Assembly: GCA_963719515.1 (NCBI GenBank)
Contig: CAVRCJ010000003.1
Span: forward strand, 766,470-830,469
Reading direction: 5' to 3'
Length of the DNA: 64,000 nt
Source of the DNA: an uncultured cyanobacterium
GTDB taxonomy: Bacteria; Cyanobacteriota; Cyanobacteriia; CAKZMO01
Positions 30,031 through 40,092 of the stretch are shown here, one piece after another. The notes below the pieces were generated by a model. It was given only the letters and a program-made list of their open reading frames with translations, made no database searches and was not told the origin of the DNA. The number at the start of each line of letters is the position of its first letter. Positions within the stretch are counted from its first letter, which is position 1. Position numbers and translations under genes: made by a program.

Positions 30031-31662
30031 CTAAAACCGGAATGTCGCCCGCAGGGTCCCCATCACGAAGTCGTCATTAGCGTTGTTTTGGTCCGGGGCC
30101 GTAATCCAAATGACCCCCGGCGTGATGGCGATACTGTCGGTAATCTGGTGGCGGTAAAATGCCTCCACATGGACCGACGTGTCGTTCTCTAGCGCCAGGG
30201 TCGCTACCGATTCCCCCGCCAAGTAAGGCTCCACGCCCACCGTAATTCCCCCCAGGTTTCCCTCCGCCAGCAGGTCGGGGAAAGATAGCCCCAGCCCGTA
30301 GTACCAAATTTCACCGTCCCCCTGCTCTAGAAAAATAGCGTCGGTAAAGCCCCCAAAGGCGTTGATAGCAAACCGGGAACTAGGTTGAAAAAACGCCTGC
30401 AGCCCGTAGGAGTTGGTGACGACGGGCGACCCCAAGGCAACATGGCTACCGCTCGCAGCTGTCGTACCCACAAAAAACTCGTCTCCAAAGCCGGAGTCAA
30501 AGATAAAGTTGTCTGACGTATGGTAGCCGTGAACGTAGGTCACCCCCAGCTTAAGGCGATCGCTTGGGGCAAAGGTAAGCTGTCCCAGCGCCGCATAGTC
30601 GCCGTTAAAGAGGCCGCTACCGCCGTCAGGGCTTACGGCCTCGTCTGCCAAATAGCCTCCCGTCAGCACCAGCTCCCGGTCGGGGGTTAGCGCCAGGTTG
30701 ATAGCCGCCCCAGCGCCGCCGCCAATTCGGTAGATAGGGCTGCGCTGGCCGAAGGTGGAGATTGCCCCCTGCCCGCCGTCCCCATCGTCGAGATAGTCGT
30801 TGAAGGTGCTAAATACATAGTCGTCATGCCGTCCCCGGACCCCAGAGACGTAGACTTCAAGGCGATCGCCCAAGGGAAAGGTGTAGGACAGCCGGTCTAC
30901 CTCGAAGTCGTTGTCGGTATTCCCACCCACGCGCTGAGCGAGGGAACCCTCAGCGGTTGAGGCGTCTAGGCCCTCTAGGGGAGCGGGGCGAGTGAAAGGC
31001 TCAACGCTGCCCGCCGCAAGACGGGTCACCAGGGCATCTTCACCGGTAAAGCTGGTGACCAGGTTCAGCCGAACGCGATCGCGAAAGACTGTGTTGTCGC
31101 TGCTGTCCTCAGAATCACCGAAGGCAACATCGTCCCCGCCAAAGCGATCGCTAACGTCAAAAATCACTTCCCCCCGCAGCTTAGTCGTGGTGGAAAACTG
31201 ATTGGCCTCCAGCTCGGCAGCCTGTGCTTCCAAGGTGGTGCTGCGCCGCCGCAGGGCCGACAGCTCTGCGCCAAACTCACCCTGCAGTCGCTGCAAAGTC
31301 TGAATATCTTCGCGGCTAATGAGGTTTGTTTCGATCAACTCGCTAATCTGCTCGAGGCAGGCGTTCAGCCCCGCCGCAAACTCATAGCGGCTCATGGCGG
31401 TGCCGCCGCGATAGGTGCCGTCGGGATACCCTGCAACGCAGCCGTAGCGGGCCACCAGCGACTCCAGCGCCCCGTAGGCCCAGTCGGTAGGCTGCACGTC
31501 CCGCAGCTCTGAGACGGCGGTGACCTGAGAGAGCGAATCGCTCTCTAAATCGCCGCCGCTTGCCTGGGCTGGGGTAGACAGCAGAATGAACCCGAGTACT
31601 AGAGGTAGCGGCCAGGGTTGAATCTTTTGGAAGGGGGATACTCCAAAAAAGCAGCTTGCCAT
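30031..31662 (-). CDS. Cyanobacterial SLH-domain outer membrane porin (OprB/iron uptake porin type)
   Basis: DVQPTDWAYGALESLVARYGCVAGYPDGT, QFSTTTKLRGE, terminal LRATFRF. Confidence 0.95.
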   Translation of the reverse strand: MASCFFGVSPFQKIQPWPLPLVLGFILLSTPAQASGGDLESDSLSQVTAVSELRDVQPTDWAYGALESLVARYGCVAGYPDGTYRGGTAMSRYEFAAGLNACLEQISELIETNLISREDIQTLQRLQGEFGAELSALRRRSTTLEAQAAELEANQFSTTTKLRGEVIFDVSDRFGGDDVAFGDSEDSSDNTVFRDRVRLNLVTSFTGEDALVTRLAAGSVEPFTRPAPLEGLDASTAEGSLAQRVGGNTDNDFEVDRLSYTFPLGDRLEVYVSGVRGRHDDYVFSTFNDYLDDGDGGQGAISTFGQRSPIYRIGGGAGAAINLALTPDRELVLTGGYLADEAVSPDGGSGLFNGDYAALGQLTFAPSDRLKLGVTYVHGYHTSDNFIFDSGFGDEFFVGTTAASGSHVALGSPVVTNSYGLQAFFQPSSRFAINAFGGFTDAIFLEQGDGEIWYYGLGLSFPDLLAEGNLGGITVGVEPYLAGESVATLALENDTSVHVEAFYRHQITDSIAITPGVIWITAPDQNNANDDFVMGTLRATFRF

Positions 31663-31859
31663 TGCAGGGTCTCCGTCCCACTCAACAGAACTTGCTATAA
31701 AACCGTACTACAGAACAGCCCCCATCGCCCGCAGCGGCGGTTTCGCAGATCCAGTCTTAGCCTTCCTGAACGGCCCCAAAGTCCTTGAGTGATCCCATCA
31801 GCGTCCGCTTGCGGGGCTACACTTGCGGGGCTATGGCTGCGGAGCCTATGGCTGCAGGG

Positions 31860-32681
31860 CTACAGGTTTCCAGTGGCGGCGATCGCGGCCGCTACGGCCT
31901 GCTGTCGCCGCTGCTGATCGGCCCAGATGCTCTCTAAGGTATTGCCCAATCCCGGCGCGTTCCACTGGTTGGTCTCGGGGTCGATATAGGCGTAGACGCG
32001 AGCCTGCAGCACTGCCTCCGACCCCGTATACCCCAAATCGTGGGCTTCCTTAAGCCGATCTAAATATCCCTCGGGGCTGAGGGCCGCGAGCGGGGCCTGA
32101 TTGGCTAAATCCAGCGCGTTGAGCTGCTCTTCTACCCCCCAAGGCACGTCAATGCGCTCGGCCCACTGGTGCAGCTCGGCCCCCTGCCGCCGCAGCCGCC
32201 GCATCTGCTTGATGTCGGCCTCTTCGGGAGACGCTGCCCCGTGCTGGTAAGAAAATGTCCCCTGGTTCCAAGCGCCGTTACCGGGGTCTACATGACCGAA
32301 GTAGGCCGAGGTCTTTTCGCCCGTTGGGAGGCGAGTGCCCTCCGCCGCTCCTACGGCCTTAGCCACGACGGAATCGGTCTCTCCCGCAAACAGCTTTTCT
32401 AGCTCAGGCGGCAGAACCACAGGAGTCGCGGAGCCGCTGTGGGGTCTGATCACGCGGCGGAGACCGGCGCCGATATCCGGGAGCCCAAAGTTCAAGGCTC
32501 CGCCTGGATCAAACCAGCTCGCAGGCTTAAAAGGGGCGGGCTGGGCGATCGCCGTCGGGGGCGACTGCAGCTGGACCTGCTCATCGCGGCCATTTCCCAG
32601 CGCCGTCGCAATGCCTGTAAAAATGACCAACCCCAGCAGCCAGGGCGGCAGAATCGCTTTCTGTCGTTGAAGATTGTGCAT
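31860..32681 (-). CDS. Membrane-anchored hypothetical protein, possibly lysozyme-like
   Basis: N-terminal TM; AVGAAEGTR..AYFGHVDPGNG..NQGTFSYQHG core. Confidence 0.65.
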   Translation of the reverse strand: MHNLQRQKAILPPWLLGLVIFTGIATALGNGRDEQVQLQSPPTAIAQPAPFKPASWFDPGGALNFGLPDIGAGLRRVIRPHSGSATPVVLPPELEKLFAGETDSVVAKAVGAAEGTRLPTGEKTSAYFGHVDPGNGAWNQGTFSYQHGAASPEEADIKQMRRLRRQGAELHQWAERIDVPWGVEEQLNALDLANQAPLAALSPEGYLDRLKEAHDLGYTGSEAVLQARVYAYIDPETNQWNAPGLGNTLESIWADQQRRQQAVAAAIAATGNL

Positions 32682-32766
32682 AGTTAAACTTCACTGTTTA
32701 AGGCTTTGGGACAATGGGGGGGGCATTTAGATTACAGGGCGAGGGAACCCCAGGACTCGGATCAGA

Positions 32767-33240
32767 CTAAGGCGTCAAAAATCGGGTGAGCAGATCGCTT
32801 GACGGCTCTACCATGGCCCAAGTGCCGTCCGGCTGCTTGCGCAGCGCCGCAAAGTGCAGCGTTGAACCACTGCCAATGCGATCGCCCGCCAGCAATTCGC
32901 CGCTGCGTAGCCGACGTAGGCCGCACAAGCGGGCCAGATAGGCGGGCAGGTCTGGACTAGAGAAAATGGCGCAGCCCTGTCCATCAGGCTGCAGGCGACC
33001 GCTAAAGGGAGCATACACGCTGCCGCCGCCGAGGTCGATAGAGACATCTCCCAAGCCGGCAACGATCTGACGGTCGGCGACTATCGTACCGGGCTGGAGC
33101 TGCCACTGCTGCTGAATGGGGGGCTGCGGGGCGATCGCTACCGGAGACTGGCAGGCCGCTCCCATCAGCCACAGGAGTCCCCCCAGCGCATAGCGAGGGA
33201 GCCGGCGGCACAGCCCTTTAAAGGCGATCGCCCTAGTCAT
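32767..33240 (-). CDS. Hypothetical lipoprotein with a degenerate M23-like fold
   Basis: GAAC lipobox-like; VYAPFSGRL and IGSGSTLHFAALRK..VEP; start overlaps the upstream stop. Confidence 0.6.
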   Translation of the reverse strand: MTRAIAFKGLCRRLPRYALGGLLWLMGAACQSPVAIAPQPPIQQQWQLQPGTIVADRQIVAGLGDVSIDLGGGSVYAPFSGRLQPDGQGCAIFSSPDLPAYLARLCGLRRLRSGELLAGDRIGSGSTLHFAALRKQPDGTWAMVEPSSDLLTRFLTP

Positions 33241-33778
33241 TAGGAAACTTAAAATCGTAGCCCGCATATTCCTCCCCTTCATACAAAATGATTACCCAAG
33301 TCTTCGCATCGAACGCCAGCGGGTAAGCCTCCCGCTCTGCCTGAACGCCAGCCCTCACCTCGAGGGGGGAGAGCGCGCAGTAAGGTTCGCCTATGGCCTG
33401 CCGGACGGCTGCCTTCGAGCTCCGTTCAGGAATCGCCATCAGGCTCGCCAGCTGCTCTCGGGATAAAAAGGCCTCGGTCTGAGCAACAGATTGGCATACC
33501 GTACTCTTTACCGCAGGCTGCCGAATGCTGCCCACATCTACCATTAGCAGCAGCCCTGCCACAATGGAGCTCCCCGCCAGCCAGTAGCGAGGCTGAGACA
33601 TTCCCTGACGCCTAGGACTATCGGAGACGGTAACGGAGTCGGACCGGTTGATAGGTGGGGGCATGCCGCGCTTTTGGGCAGCGCTATCCGTCACGCTAAA
33701 GGGGGGGATTGCTCCCTCAGGCCTCGCTTTGTAGCGCGGGGAAACGGTGGGAAGATGGACGCTAGAGGGTTTTGTCAC
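33233..33778 (-). CDS. Membrane-anchored hypothetical protein
   Basis: TM segment, then LSREQLASL..SKAAVRQAIGEPYC..REAYPLAFD..YEGEEYAGYDF. Confidence 0.7.
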   Translation of the reverse strand: MTKPSSVHLPTVSPRYKARPEGAIPPFSVTDSAAQKRGMPPPINRSDSVTVSDSPRRQGMSQPRYWLAGSSIVAGLLLMVDVGSIRQPAVKSTVCQSVAQTEAFLSREQLASLMAIPERSSKAAVRQAIGEPYCALSPLEVRAGVQAEREAYPLAFDAKTWVIILYEGEEYAGYDFKFPND

Positions 33779-33896
33779 GGTAACCTCCTTAAATCAGGCA
33801 ATGGGCAATTTAGAGACTCCAGGGACAGCGTGGTCTTGAGGAGTAGCAGTAAATAGACCCATCGACTCTTGCGGCAATAGTCTATCTACGTTTTTA

Positions 33897-33910
33897 AGTA
33901 CAATTGTACT
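33897..33910. promoter_or_regulatory. Cyanobacterial LexA-type operator
   Basis: Perfect palindrome AGTACAATTGTACT matching RGTACNNNDGTWCB. Confidence 0.65.
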
Positions 33911-34184
33911 ATATCAGCATAGTACGGTAGAGTAAGCCGTTTGCTAAGAAAAATGTTCATGCTTTGCTAACAGCTTCTTGGTCGCTTTACTGACAGCTCA
34001 GGTTCCAGCAGTGTCGGGCTGAAGCGTCCGGGCATTGATGTGTATCTCGCCAAGGGCCCGTATTAAAGACGTAATGTCCAACCAGATATCCGAAACAGCT
34101 CACGGCAATAACGCACAGCGCGCCTTAAGACGGTAGGCTAGTTAACCCATACAGCTGTCCGTTAGAGCCCTATAGAAGCTCACC

Positions 34185-35069
34185 ATGGTCAAAGTTGATC
34201 GCCGCGCAGTTCCCTACCTATTTCTTTTACCCGCCCTCAGTGTTCTCGGACTGACAGTGCTGTATCCTGCACTACAAGCGGTGTTCCTCAGCTTTACACA
34301 ATTCAACTATGACATCACCCAGCCTCCCCGCTGGGTCGGTTTAGCGAACTTTGAGCGCCTGGTAACCGACCTGGTTTTTTGGAAGACCCTGGGTAATACT
34401 GTGCTGTACTTAATGGCTGTCGTCCCGATTTTGGTGGTGCTGCCGCTGGGACTAGCAATTTTGGTGAACCGAGCCTTGCCCGGTATTCACTGGTTCCGTG
34501 CAGCTTACTATGCGCCTGTCGTCGTTTCGATGGTGGTGGCCGGGATTGCCTGGCGCTGGCTCTATGCAGAGAATGGACTGATCAACCAGACGCTGCAGTG
34601 GCTCCACCTATCTGAAACAGGTGTTCCCTGGCTGACGAGCCCTAATTTAGCGCTGTGGAGCGTGATGGCGGTGACCGTCTGGAAAGGGCTGGGGTACTAC
34701 ATGGTGATTTACTTGGCGGGGCTACAGTCGATTCCAGCAGATCTCTACGAGGCCGCCGCCATCGACGGCTCCGACGGCTGGCTGAAGCACATCGACATCA
34801 CCTTGCCCGCGATGCGCCCCTACCTATTTCTCGTGGCGGTGATCTCGGCGATTTCGGCGACAAAGGTTTTCGAAGAGGTCTATGTGATGACGCGGGGCGG
34901 TCCCTTAAACAGCTCCAAGACAATTGTGTACTACGTCTACGAACAGGCGTTTGATCCGACTAATCTCGATGTAAGCTATGCCTGTACTGTTGGGCTGGCG
35001 CTGTTCCTAATTATCCTTGTGCTATCTCTACTTCGCCTGACGCTGGGGTCTGCAGCCTCGCCGCTTTGA
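34185..35069 (+). CDS. Carbohydrate ABC transporter permease
   Basis: WVGLANF, WKGLGYYMVIYLAGLQSIP, LYEAAAIDG (EAA motif). Confidence 0.95.
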   Translation: MVKVDRRAVPYLFLLPALSVLGLTVLYPALQAVFLSFTQFNYDITQPPRWVGLANFERLVTDLVFWKTLGNTVLYLMAVVPILVVLPLGLAILVNRALPGIHWFRAAYYAPVVVSMVVAGIAWRWLYAENGLINQTLQWLHLSETGVPWLTSPNLALWSVMAVTVWKGLGYYMVIYLAGLQSIPADLYEAAAIDGSDGWLKHIDITLPAMRPYLFLVAVISAISATKVFEEVYVMTRGGPLNSSKTIVYYVYEQAFDPTNLDVSYACTVGLALFLIILVLSLLRLTLGSAASPL

Positions 35070-35158
35070 GGAACTGCACTATTCCTCTGGGAAGGCCAAG
35101 AAGAGGGATAGCAGGAGATAGACGAGAGAAATAGGAGAGACCGGCGAGAGCGAGGGAT

Positions 35159-36610
35159 TCAGGGTCCGCACCGCGATCGCCCCTGCTCAATTTTCTGCAG
35201 CAGCCACCCCGGCACCCCAACGCTGGCCCGCCTGTAGAGGCGGTCAAATTCCTGCTGAAAGTGAGCCGCCACGATGGGGCTGGCGATCGCCAGCAGCACT
35301 TCATCGTTTTGAGTATTGGCCGCCACGCTCCAGTTTTGCGACCCTGTGAGCACTCGCACGCCGTCGAGTACGGCAAATTTGTGGTGCAGAACGTCGCCCT
35401 CAGGCAGCACAGGCGTTCCCACCGTGGGCAGCGCGGGCATCCAGGGGGCATTGCCCACGTCGTAGCGGCATTGGGTATTGACTAGGGAAACGCCCAGCAG
35501 ATCCAGCGCCTCGCTGTAAGGGCGGTAGGCAAAGCCTGGGTCGATTAAGGCGCGAATTGGCACCCCAAACCGGTGGGGCGACTGGAGTGCGGCGCTGAGC
35601 CGCTGATCAGAGAAGACGAACAGCGCCAGATCGATGGACTGGCTCGCATCGACTAGCCAACGGGCCGCCAAGCCGTTGACGCTTTTCTCCCAGGGCTGGG
35701 TCGTGGAGGTGGGGGAGAACTGCACCGCTACTGGGGTATCTGCTATCCATAGGGTCTGCGTGGGGCGGTATGGCTTTTGCAGGCCAAAGCGGCTGTCAGG
35801 CTGACCGCCGGGGCCGTCTCCCCACATTAAATCAAACTCTTGGGTGAACTGGCGGGCTAGCTCGGGGCTGGCGATCGCCAGCAGGTGGTTGGCGTTGCCC
35901 AAGCTGGCAGCAGAATTGAGGTCGCCGTGCAGCCCGCTGAGGGTGAAGTTGGCAGACCCGGTGACCACAAGCCGTTCGTCAATCACCAAAAATTTGTGGT
36001 GCATCAGGCCGCTGCCTTTAGAGCCGTCGGCGGTGTCATCGAGTATGCGGACACCGGCAGCCTGCAGCAGCGCCAGCGCGTCGTGCGCCTCCAGCGGTGA
36101 GGTGCCATCGCCAGCGGCATCGACCAGCCGCAAAAACTCGTCGTACTTGTGGCGATCGCGTTCCGTCAGCTCGGCTACCTGGGCTGCAGAAACTTGGCTC
36201 CAGGGCCGGCTGTACTGGTTTTCGAGCACCACCCGCACCTGCACTCCTGCCCGCTGGCGCTCTATCAGCGCGGCGGCGATCTTGGGTAGGTTGAGCTCTT
36301 GAACTGCGAGGTCCACCGAGACTTGGGCGCCGGCGATCGCCTCAATAATGACCTGCTCTAGATTGCTGCCCTGCCGCAGCTGCTGCCGATAGGGATGGCG
36401 ATAGCGAAAGGACTCGGCGTGGTTAAAGTAGACCCGGAGAGCGGGGTGCTGCGGCAGCGGTGGGGGGAGGTTATTTGGGGCAGCGTCCCGCCGCCACAGC
36501 CCAATCCCTGAGCCCAGACCGGCGATGACGAGCGCGCCAATTCCCCCTAGGAAAATCAGCCGCGATCGCCGGTCTGAGGAATGACGTCGCAATCTGGTGG
36601 CAGGTAGCAT
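35159..36610 (-). CDS. Phospholipase D-family nuclease, competence ComA-like
   Basis: Two HKD motifs, MHHKFLVID..TGSANF and LHHKFAVLD..TGSQNW; N-terminal TM. Confidence 0.85.
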   Translation of the reverse strand: MLPATRLRRHSSDRRSRLIFLGGIGALVIAGLGSGIGLWRRDAAPNNLPPPLPQHPALRVYFNHAESFRYRHPYRQQLRQGSNLEQVIIEAIAGAQVSVDLAVQELNLPKIAAALIERQRAGVQVRVVLENQYSRPWSQVSAAQVAELTERDRHKYDEFLRLVDAAGDGTSPLEAHDALALLQAAGVRILDDTADGSKGSGLMHHKFLVIDERLVVTGSANFTLSGLHGDLNSAASLGNANHLLAIASPELARQFTQEFDLMWGDGPGGQPDSRFGLQKPYRPTQTLWIADTPVAVQFSPTSTTQPWEKSVNGLAARWLVDASQSIDLALFVFSDQRLSAALQSPHRFGVPIRALIDPGFAYRPYSEALDLLGVSLVNTQCRYDVGNAPWMPALPTVGTPVLPEGDVLHHKFAVLDGVRVLTGSQNWSVAANTQNDEVLLAIASPIVAAHFQQEFDRLYRRASVGVPGWLLQKIEQGRSRCGP

Positions 36611-36720
36611 ATTGTGGTAGACAGAATTAAAGGCCAGTTGCGGGACCGCTGTGCTGCTCAACCCTTCACACCCTGTCAGCGTTCCCAATTTTTGGGAACT
36701 CACTCAAGCTATACGAACCA

Positions 36721-37692
36721 ATGGAAACCCACACAGCAGACTGTCTGATACTGTTGCACATCATGAAAACGGGCGGCACCACGCTATCCCGAATGCTGGA
36801 GCACAACGTAGCGCCAGAACACTATCACTTTTTAAGAGATGCACAGTCTGTTGAAGAGGTCCTGACCATTCCAGAGGAAACTCGCCGCTCTCTGAAGCTG
36901 CTCCGCGCCGGCCATATTCCTTTCGGAGCCCATCAGTACCTGCCGCAGAGCAGCAAATATGTCACGATGCTGCGCAATCCGGTGGACCGAGTGCTCTCTC
37001 TGTACTATTTTATCTACTTTCCGCCTAACAAAGAGGCACCCCAACCGCCTGTCCCTTTGCTGGAGTGGGCTAAGTCTTTCTCAGTAATCGACAACAACCA
37101 AACCCACAAGCTGGCAGGCGTTAGGTACAAAGACCGTGAGGGAGACGCCTCTAGAGCGCTGCTAGAGGCGGCGAAGCACAATCTCGACGAGCATTTCTCA
37201 GTGGTTGGCCTCACGGAGCGCTTCGACGAATCCGTTTTGCTCATGCGCCACGCTACAGGGCTGACCAATATTCTTTACCAGAACAAGAACGTCAACCAGA
37301 ACCGTCCTAAGAAAACCGCTGACCCCGCTGTCGTCGAGATTATCAAAGAGCGCAATCAGCTCGATACAGAGCTGTATCAGTATGCCCAGCAGCGATTTGA
37401 CGACCAGATCGCCCAGATTCCCTCTTTCTCTGAAGAGTTAGCTCTGTTTCAAGATCTAAATGCTCAGTTTACGGCGGCGGCGGCGGTGACGGACGAAAAG
37501 GTAGAGGTTTTAAAGGAGCTGCGCCAGCGAATACAGTCCATGCGCGAAAGCCGCGACGAATTCAAGCTGAAGTTCTCGCATGTGCAAAGGGCCTACCACA
37601 GCCTCGCTGACGTGCAGCCAAGCCACGAGCTCTCAAAGCTCACGCAGCTCAAGCATCAGCTCAAGTCGCTGCAGTTTTGGAAGAAATCTTGA
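36721..37692 (+). CDS. Sulfotransferase family protein
   Basis: HIMKTGGTT (5'-PSB), RNPVDRVLS (3'-PB), VGLTERFDES, NQLDTELY. Confidence 0.88.
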   Translation: METHTADCLILLHIMKTGGTTLSRMLEHNVAPEHYHFLRDAQSVEEVLTIPEETRRSLKLLRAGHIPFGAHQYLPQSSKYVTMLRNPVDRVLSLYYFIYFPPNKEAPQPPVPLLEWAKSFSVIDNNQTHKLAGVRYKDREGDASRALLEAAKHNLDEHFSVVGLTERFDESVLLMRHATGLTNILYQNKNVNQNRPKKTADPAVVEIIKERNQLDTELYQYAQQRFDDQIAQIPSFSEELALFQDLNAQFTAAAAVTDEKVEVLKELRQRIQSMRESRDEFKLKFSHVQRAYHSLADVQPSHELSKLTQLKHQLKSLQFWKKS

Positions 37693-37700
37693 CATCCCCG

Positions 37701-38519
37701 TCACGGCAAAATTTCTACCGTATTGCCAACGCTCACGGTGCCCAGATTCTCTTGGATGAGGTTTTGCCCAAACCAAATCTTGCCGTCCCAGCGGCGAAAG
37801 GTGGCCAGGGTTTGCAGCGGCTCGACGCCTCGCTGGCCGGTAGATTGATCGACGGTGGTGATGGTGCAGCGAGCGCAGGGTTTGGCGACTCGGAAGGTTG
37901 TAGTCCCCACTCGAATACGCGACCAGCCGTCTTCTGCAAAGGCGTCGCAGCCCTGAACCACGAGATTGGGCCGAAACCGATTCATGGGCAGGGGCGAGCC
38001 TAGCCGGCGGTTGAGGTCAGCCAGCGACGCCTCTGAAATGAGCAAAAAGGGGTAGGCATCTGCAAAACTAACTTGGGGTACAGCGGCACCGAAAGACTCA
38101 TCGGGGAGAGCGGCCTGACCGTGATCAACAGGGCGATCGCTCTCCTCCGGCATGTAGACCAACCGGCACGGCGTCCCGAGCAGGGTGCTAAACCAGTCGC
38201 TGACGCTAGAGGCCATGGGCACCGCCTCGCAGCGATCGCCCCACACCTCGACGGGAACGAGCGCTGCAGAGGGCGGCTGCAGCGGCACGGTTTGGCGGCC
38301 ATAATCGGGAGCGGTGACCACCAGCTCGCCGCTGCCAATTGTCACCGACGCTAGGGCCAGCCGGGGGTGAGTTCGCTGGCTAATGAATTTTCCTTCGGCG
38401 TCAACCAGCATCCAGCGGCGATCATACTGAAAACCCTTGGCCTCTACGGCTGCTGCGGGCAGCGCAATACCGGCCGCAGATTTTATGGGGTAGATATAGA
38501 GTCCGCTAATCGTCACCAT
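37701..38519 (-). CDS. MOSC domain protein (YcbX-like)
   Basis: YPIKS, DRRWMLVD, FADAYP, RFRPNLVV, KPCARC. Confidence 0.95.
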   Translation of the reverse strand: MVTISGLYIYPIKSAAGIALPAAAVEAKGFQYDRRWMLVDAEGKFISQRTHPRLALASVTIGSGELVVTAPDYGRQTVPLQPPSAALVPVEVWGDRCEAVPMASSVSDWFSTLLGTPCRLVYMPEESDRPVDHGQAALPDESFGAAVPQVSFADAYPFLLISEASLADLNRRLGSPLPMNRFRPNLVVQGCDAFAEDGWSRIRVGTTTFRVAKPCARCTITTVDQSTGQRGVEPLQTLATFRRWDGKIWFGQNLIQENLGTVSVGNTVEILP

Positions 38520-38699
38520 AAGCGCGTGCTGGGTTAAAGAAACGGTGGCCTCAAGCCTGCCTTAGATTACCACTAGCGGCTCGCCTTCTGCCCCAATACA
38601 GCAGCCCCGACTTCCCAACCTCTACACCGCGCGCGGATGGGGCATAGCCGGCCATGCTGCTTTAGGCCGCAGCCGGGCCGACCCTTAAAGTGGGCCGAC

Positions 38700-38969
38700 C
38701 TAACGGTGACGTGATTCCAACCAAACCCGCACTTCATCCTCTGAACTAAAGGTATCGGCGTACTGAGTTGTAGGGTCGAAAGCTCTCCAGTATTGGCGAC
38801 CGGTGCGATCGCGAGCGACCACAATCTTAGGGTCTTGGTCTAAGGTCGCTAGATTGAGGACGAACTCCTGGAAGCGGTGAAGCGTGGCGCGAACCAGGTT
38901 GTGATGGGGACGCTGGGGGGCAAGGAGTTCGAGCTTCTCGTACTGGAAGCGTTGTTCAAAAGTCTGCAT
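38700..38969 (-). CDS. Small cyanobacterial hypothetical protein
   Basis: GGAGG RBS; DRTGRQYWRAFDP..FSSEDEVRVWLE pattern. Confidence 0.75.
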   Translation of the reverse strand: MQTFEQRFQYEKLELLAPQRPHHNLVRATLHRFQEFVLNLATLDQDPKIVVARDRTGRQYWRAFDPTTQYADTFSSEDEVRVWLESRHR

Positions 38970-39184
38970 GGCGTACCTCCTGCTAGAAATGGTGTTGCGG
39001 CTTAGCTATTGGAGCCGATGAATCCACCATATCGATACCTCTAAGAATGATCAAAAGGCAGCGGTAATGGTATCTATGAGCGCTACTCATAGACCGGTTA
39101 TATAGATCTTCTACGAACCCTCTGGGGCTGACCCCCAGAAGCCTGTTTCCGCATTCAGCAACGTGGTAGCATCCGATCAGATTT

Positions 39185-39216
39185 TGTCGAATTACTGTCG
39201 AATTACTGTCGAATTA
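39185..39216. repeat. 11 bp tandem repeat x3 (TGTCGAATTAC)
   Basis: Directly visible just upstream of the M48 gene. Confidence 0.9.
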
Positions 39217-39230
39217 ACTAGAGAACTGCG

Positions 39231-40079
39231 GTGTCCCGTCTACTCTTTCGGCTCGTCATTGGCGCTGCTTTTGCGCTATTTGGGCTATTTAGCTATTTCA
39301 CCAGCACAACTGAAAACCCTGTCACCGGCGAAACCCAGCGGGTACGGCTCTCCCCTGATGAGGAAGTCGAGCTGGGGCGTCAGGCCAAGGACGAGCTGCT
39401 AGGGCAGTCGGGGGGACTTTACCCTGACGAGGTGCTCCAGGCGTACCTTGACCAAGTTGGCGCAGAGGTGGTGCAAGACTCGGGGGCGGCTCAGTCCCCC
39501 TACCCGTTCGAATTTCACCTGGTAGCAGACCCACAAACCGTCAACGCTTTTGCCCTGCCGGGGGGCCAGATTTTTATCACGACGGGGCTATTAAGTCGGT
39601 TAGACACCGAAGCGCAGCTGGCTGGGGTGCTGGGGCACGAGGTCGGACATGTGGTGGCCCGCCACGGGGCTGAGCACTTGGCAAAGCAGCAGCTAGGAGC
39701 GTTTTTAGTCAACGCCATCGGCATCGCGGCCAGCGATAACCCCTACGACGCCCGTCAGGCCGCCGTCATCGCCCAAGCGGTGCAGCAGCTGATTAGTCTG
39801 CAGTACAGCCGCGAGGATGAATTAGAGAGCGATCGCTTGGGCATCGATTTTATGACCGAGGCGGGCTACAGCCCTGAGGGCCTAGTAGAGCTGATGCAGG
39901 TGCTTAGAGACGCCCAGGGCGGCGAAGCGCCTCCAGAATTTTTTAGCACCCACCCCAACCCCAACAACCGCATCGAGATCCTCGAAGCCATGATCGAGGA
40001 GCGCTACCCCGGCGGCGTGCCTCCCCAGCTAGAGGAAAGAGAAGCCGAGTTTGAGCAGACCGTGGACCCGAGGCTGTAG
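39231..40079 (+). CDS. M48 family zinc metallopeptidase
   Basis: NAFALPGG, HEVGH, YSREDELESD, FFSTHP. Confidence 0.95.
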   Translation: MSRLLFRLVIGAAFALFGLFSYFTSTTENPVTGETQRVRLSPDEEVELGRQAKDELLGQSGGLYPDEVLQAYLDQVGAEVVQDSGAAQSPYPFEFHLVADPQTVNAFALPGGQIFITTGLLSRLDTEAQLAGVLGHEVGHVVARHGAEHLAKQQLGAFLVNAIGIAASDNPYDARQAAVIAQAVQQLISLQYSREDELESDRLGIDFMTEAGYSPEGLVELMQVLRDAQGGEAPPEFFSTHPNPNNRIEILEAMIEERYPGGVPPQLEEREAEFEQTVDPRL

Positions 40080-40092
40080 CGAGAACTTCAAA

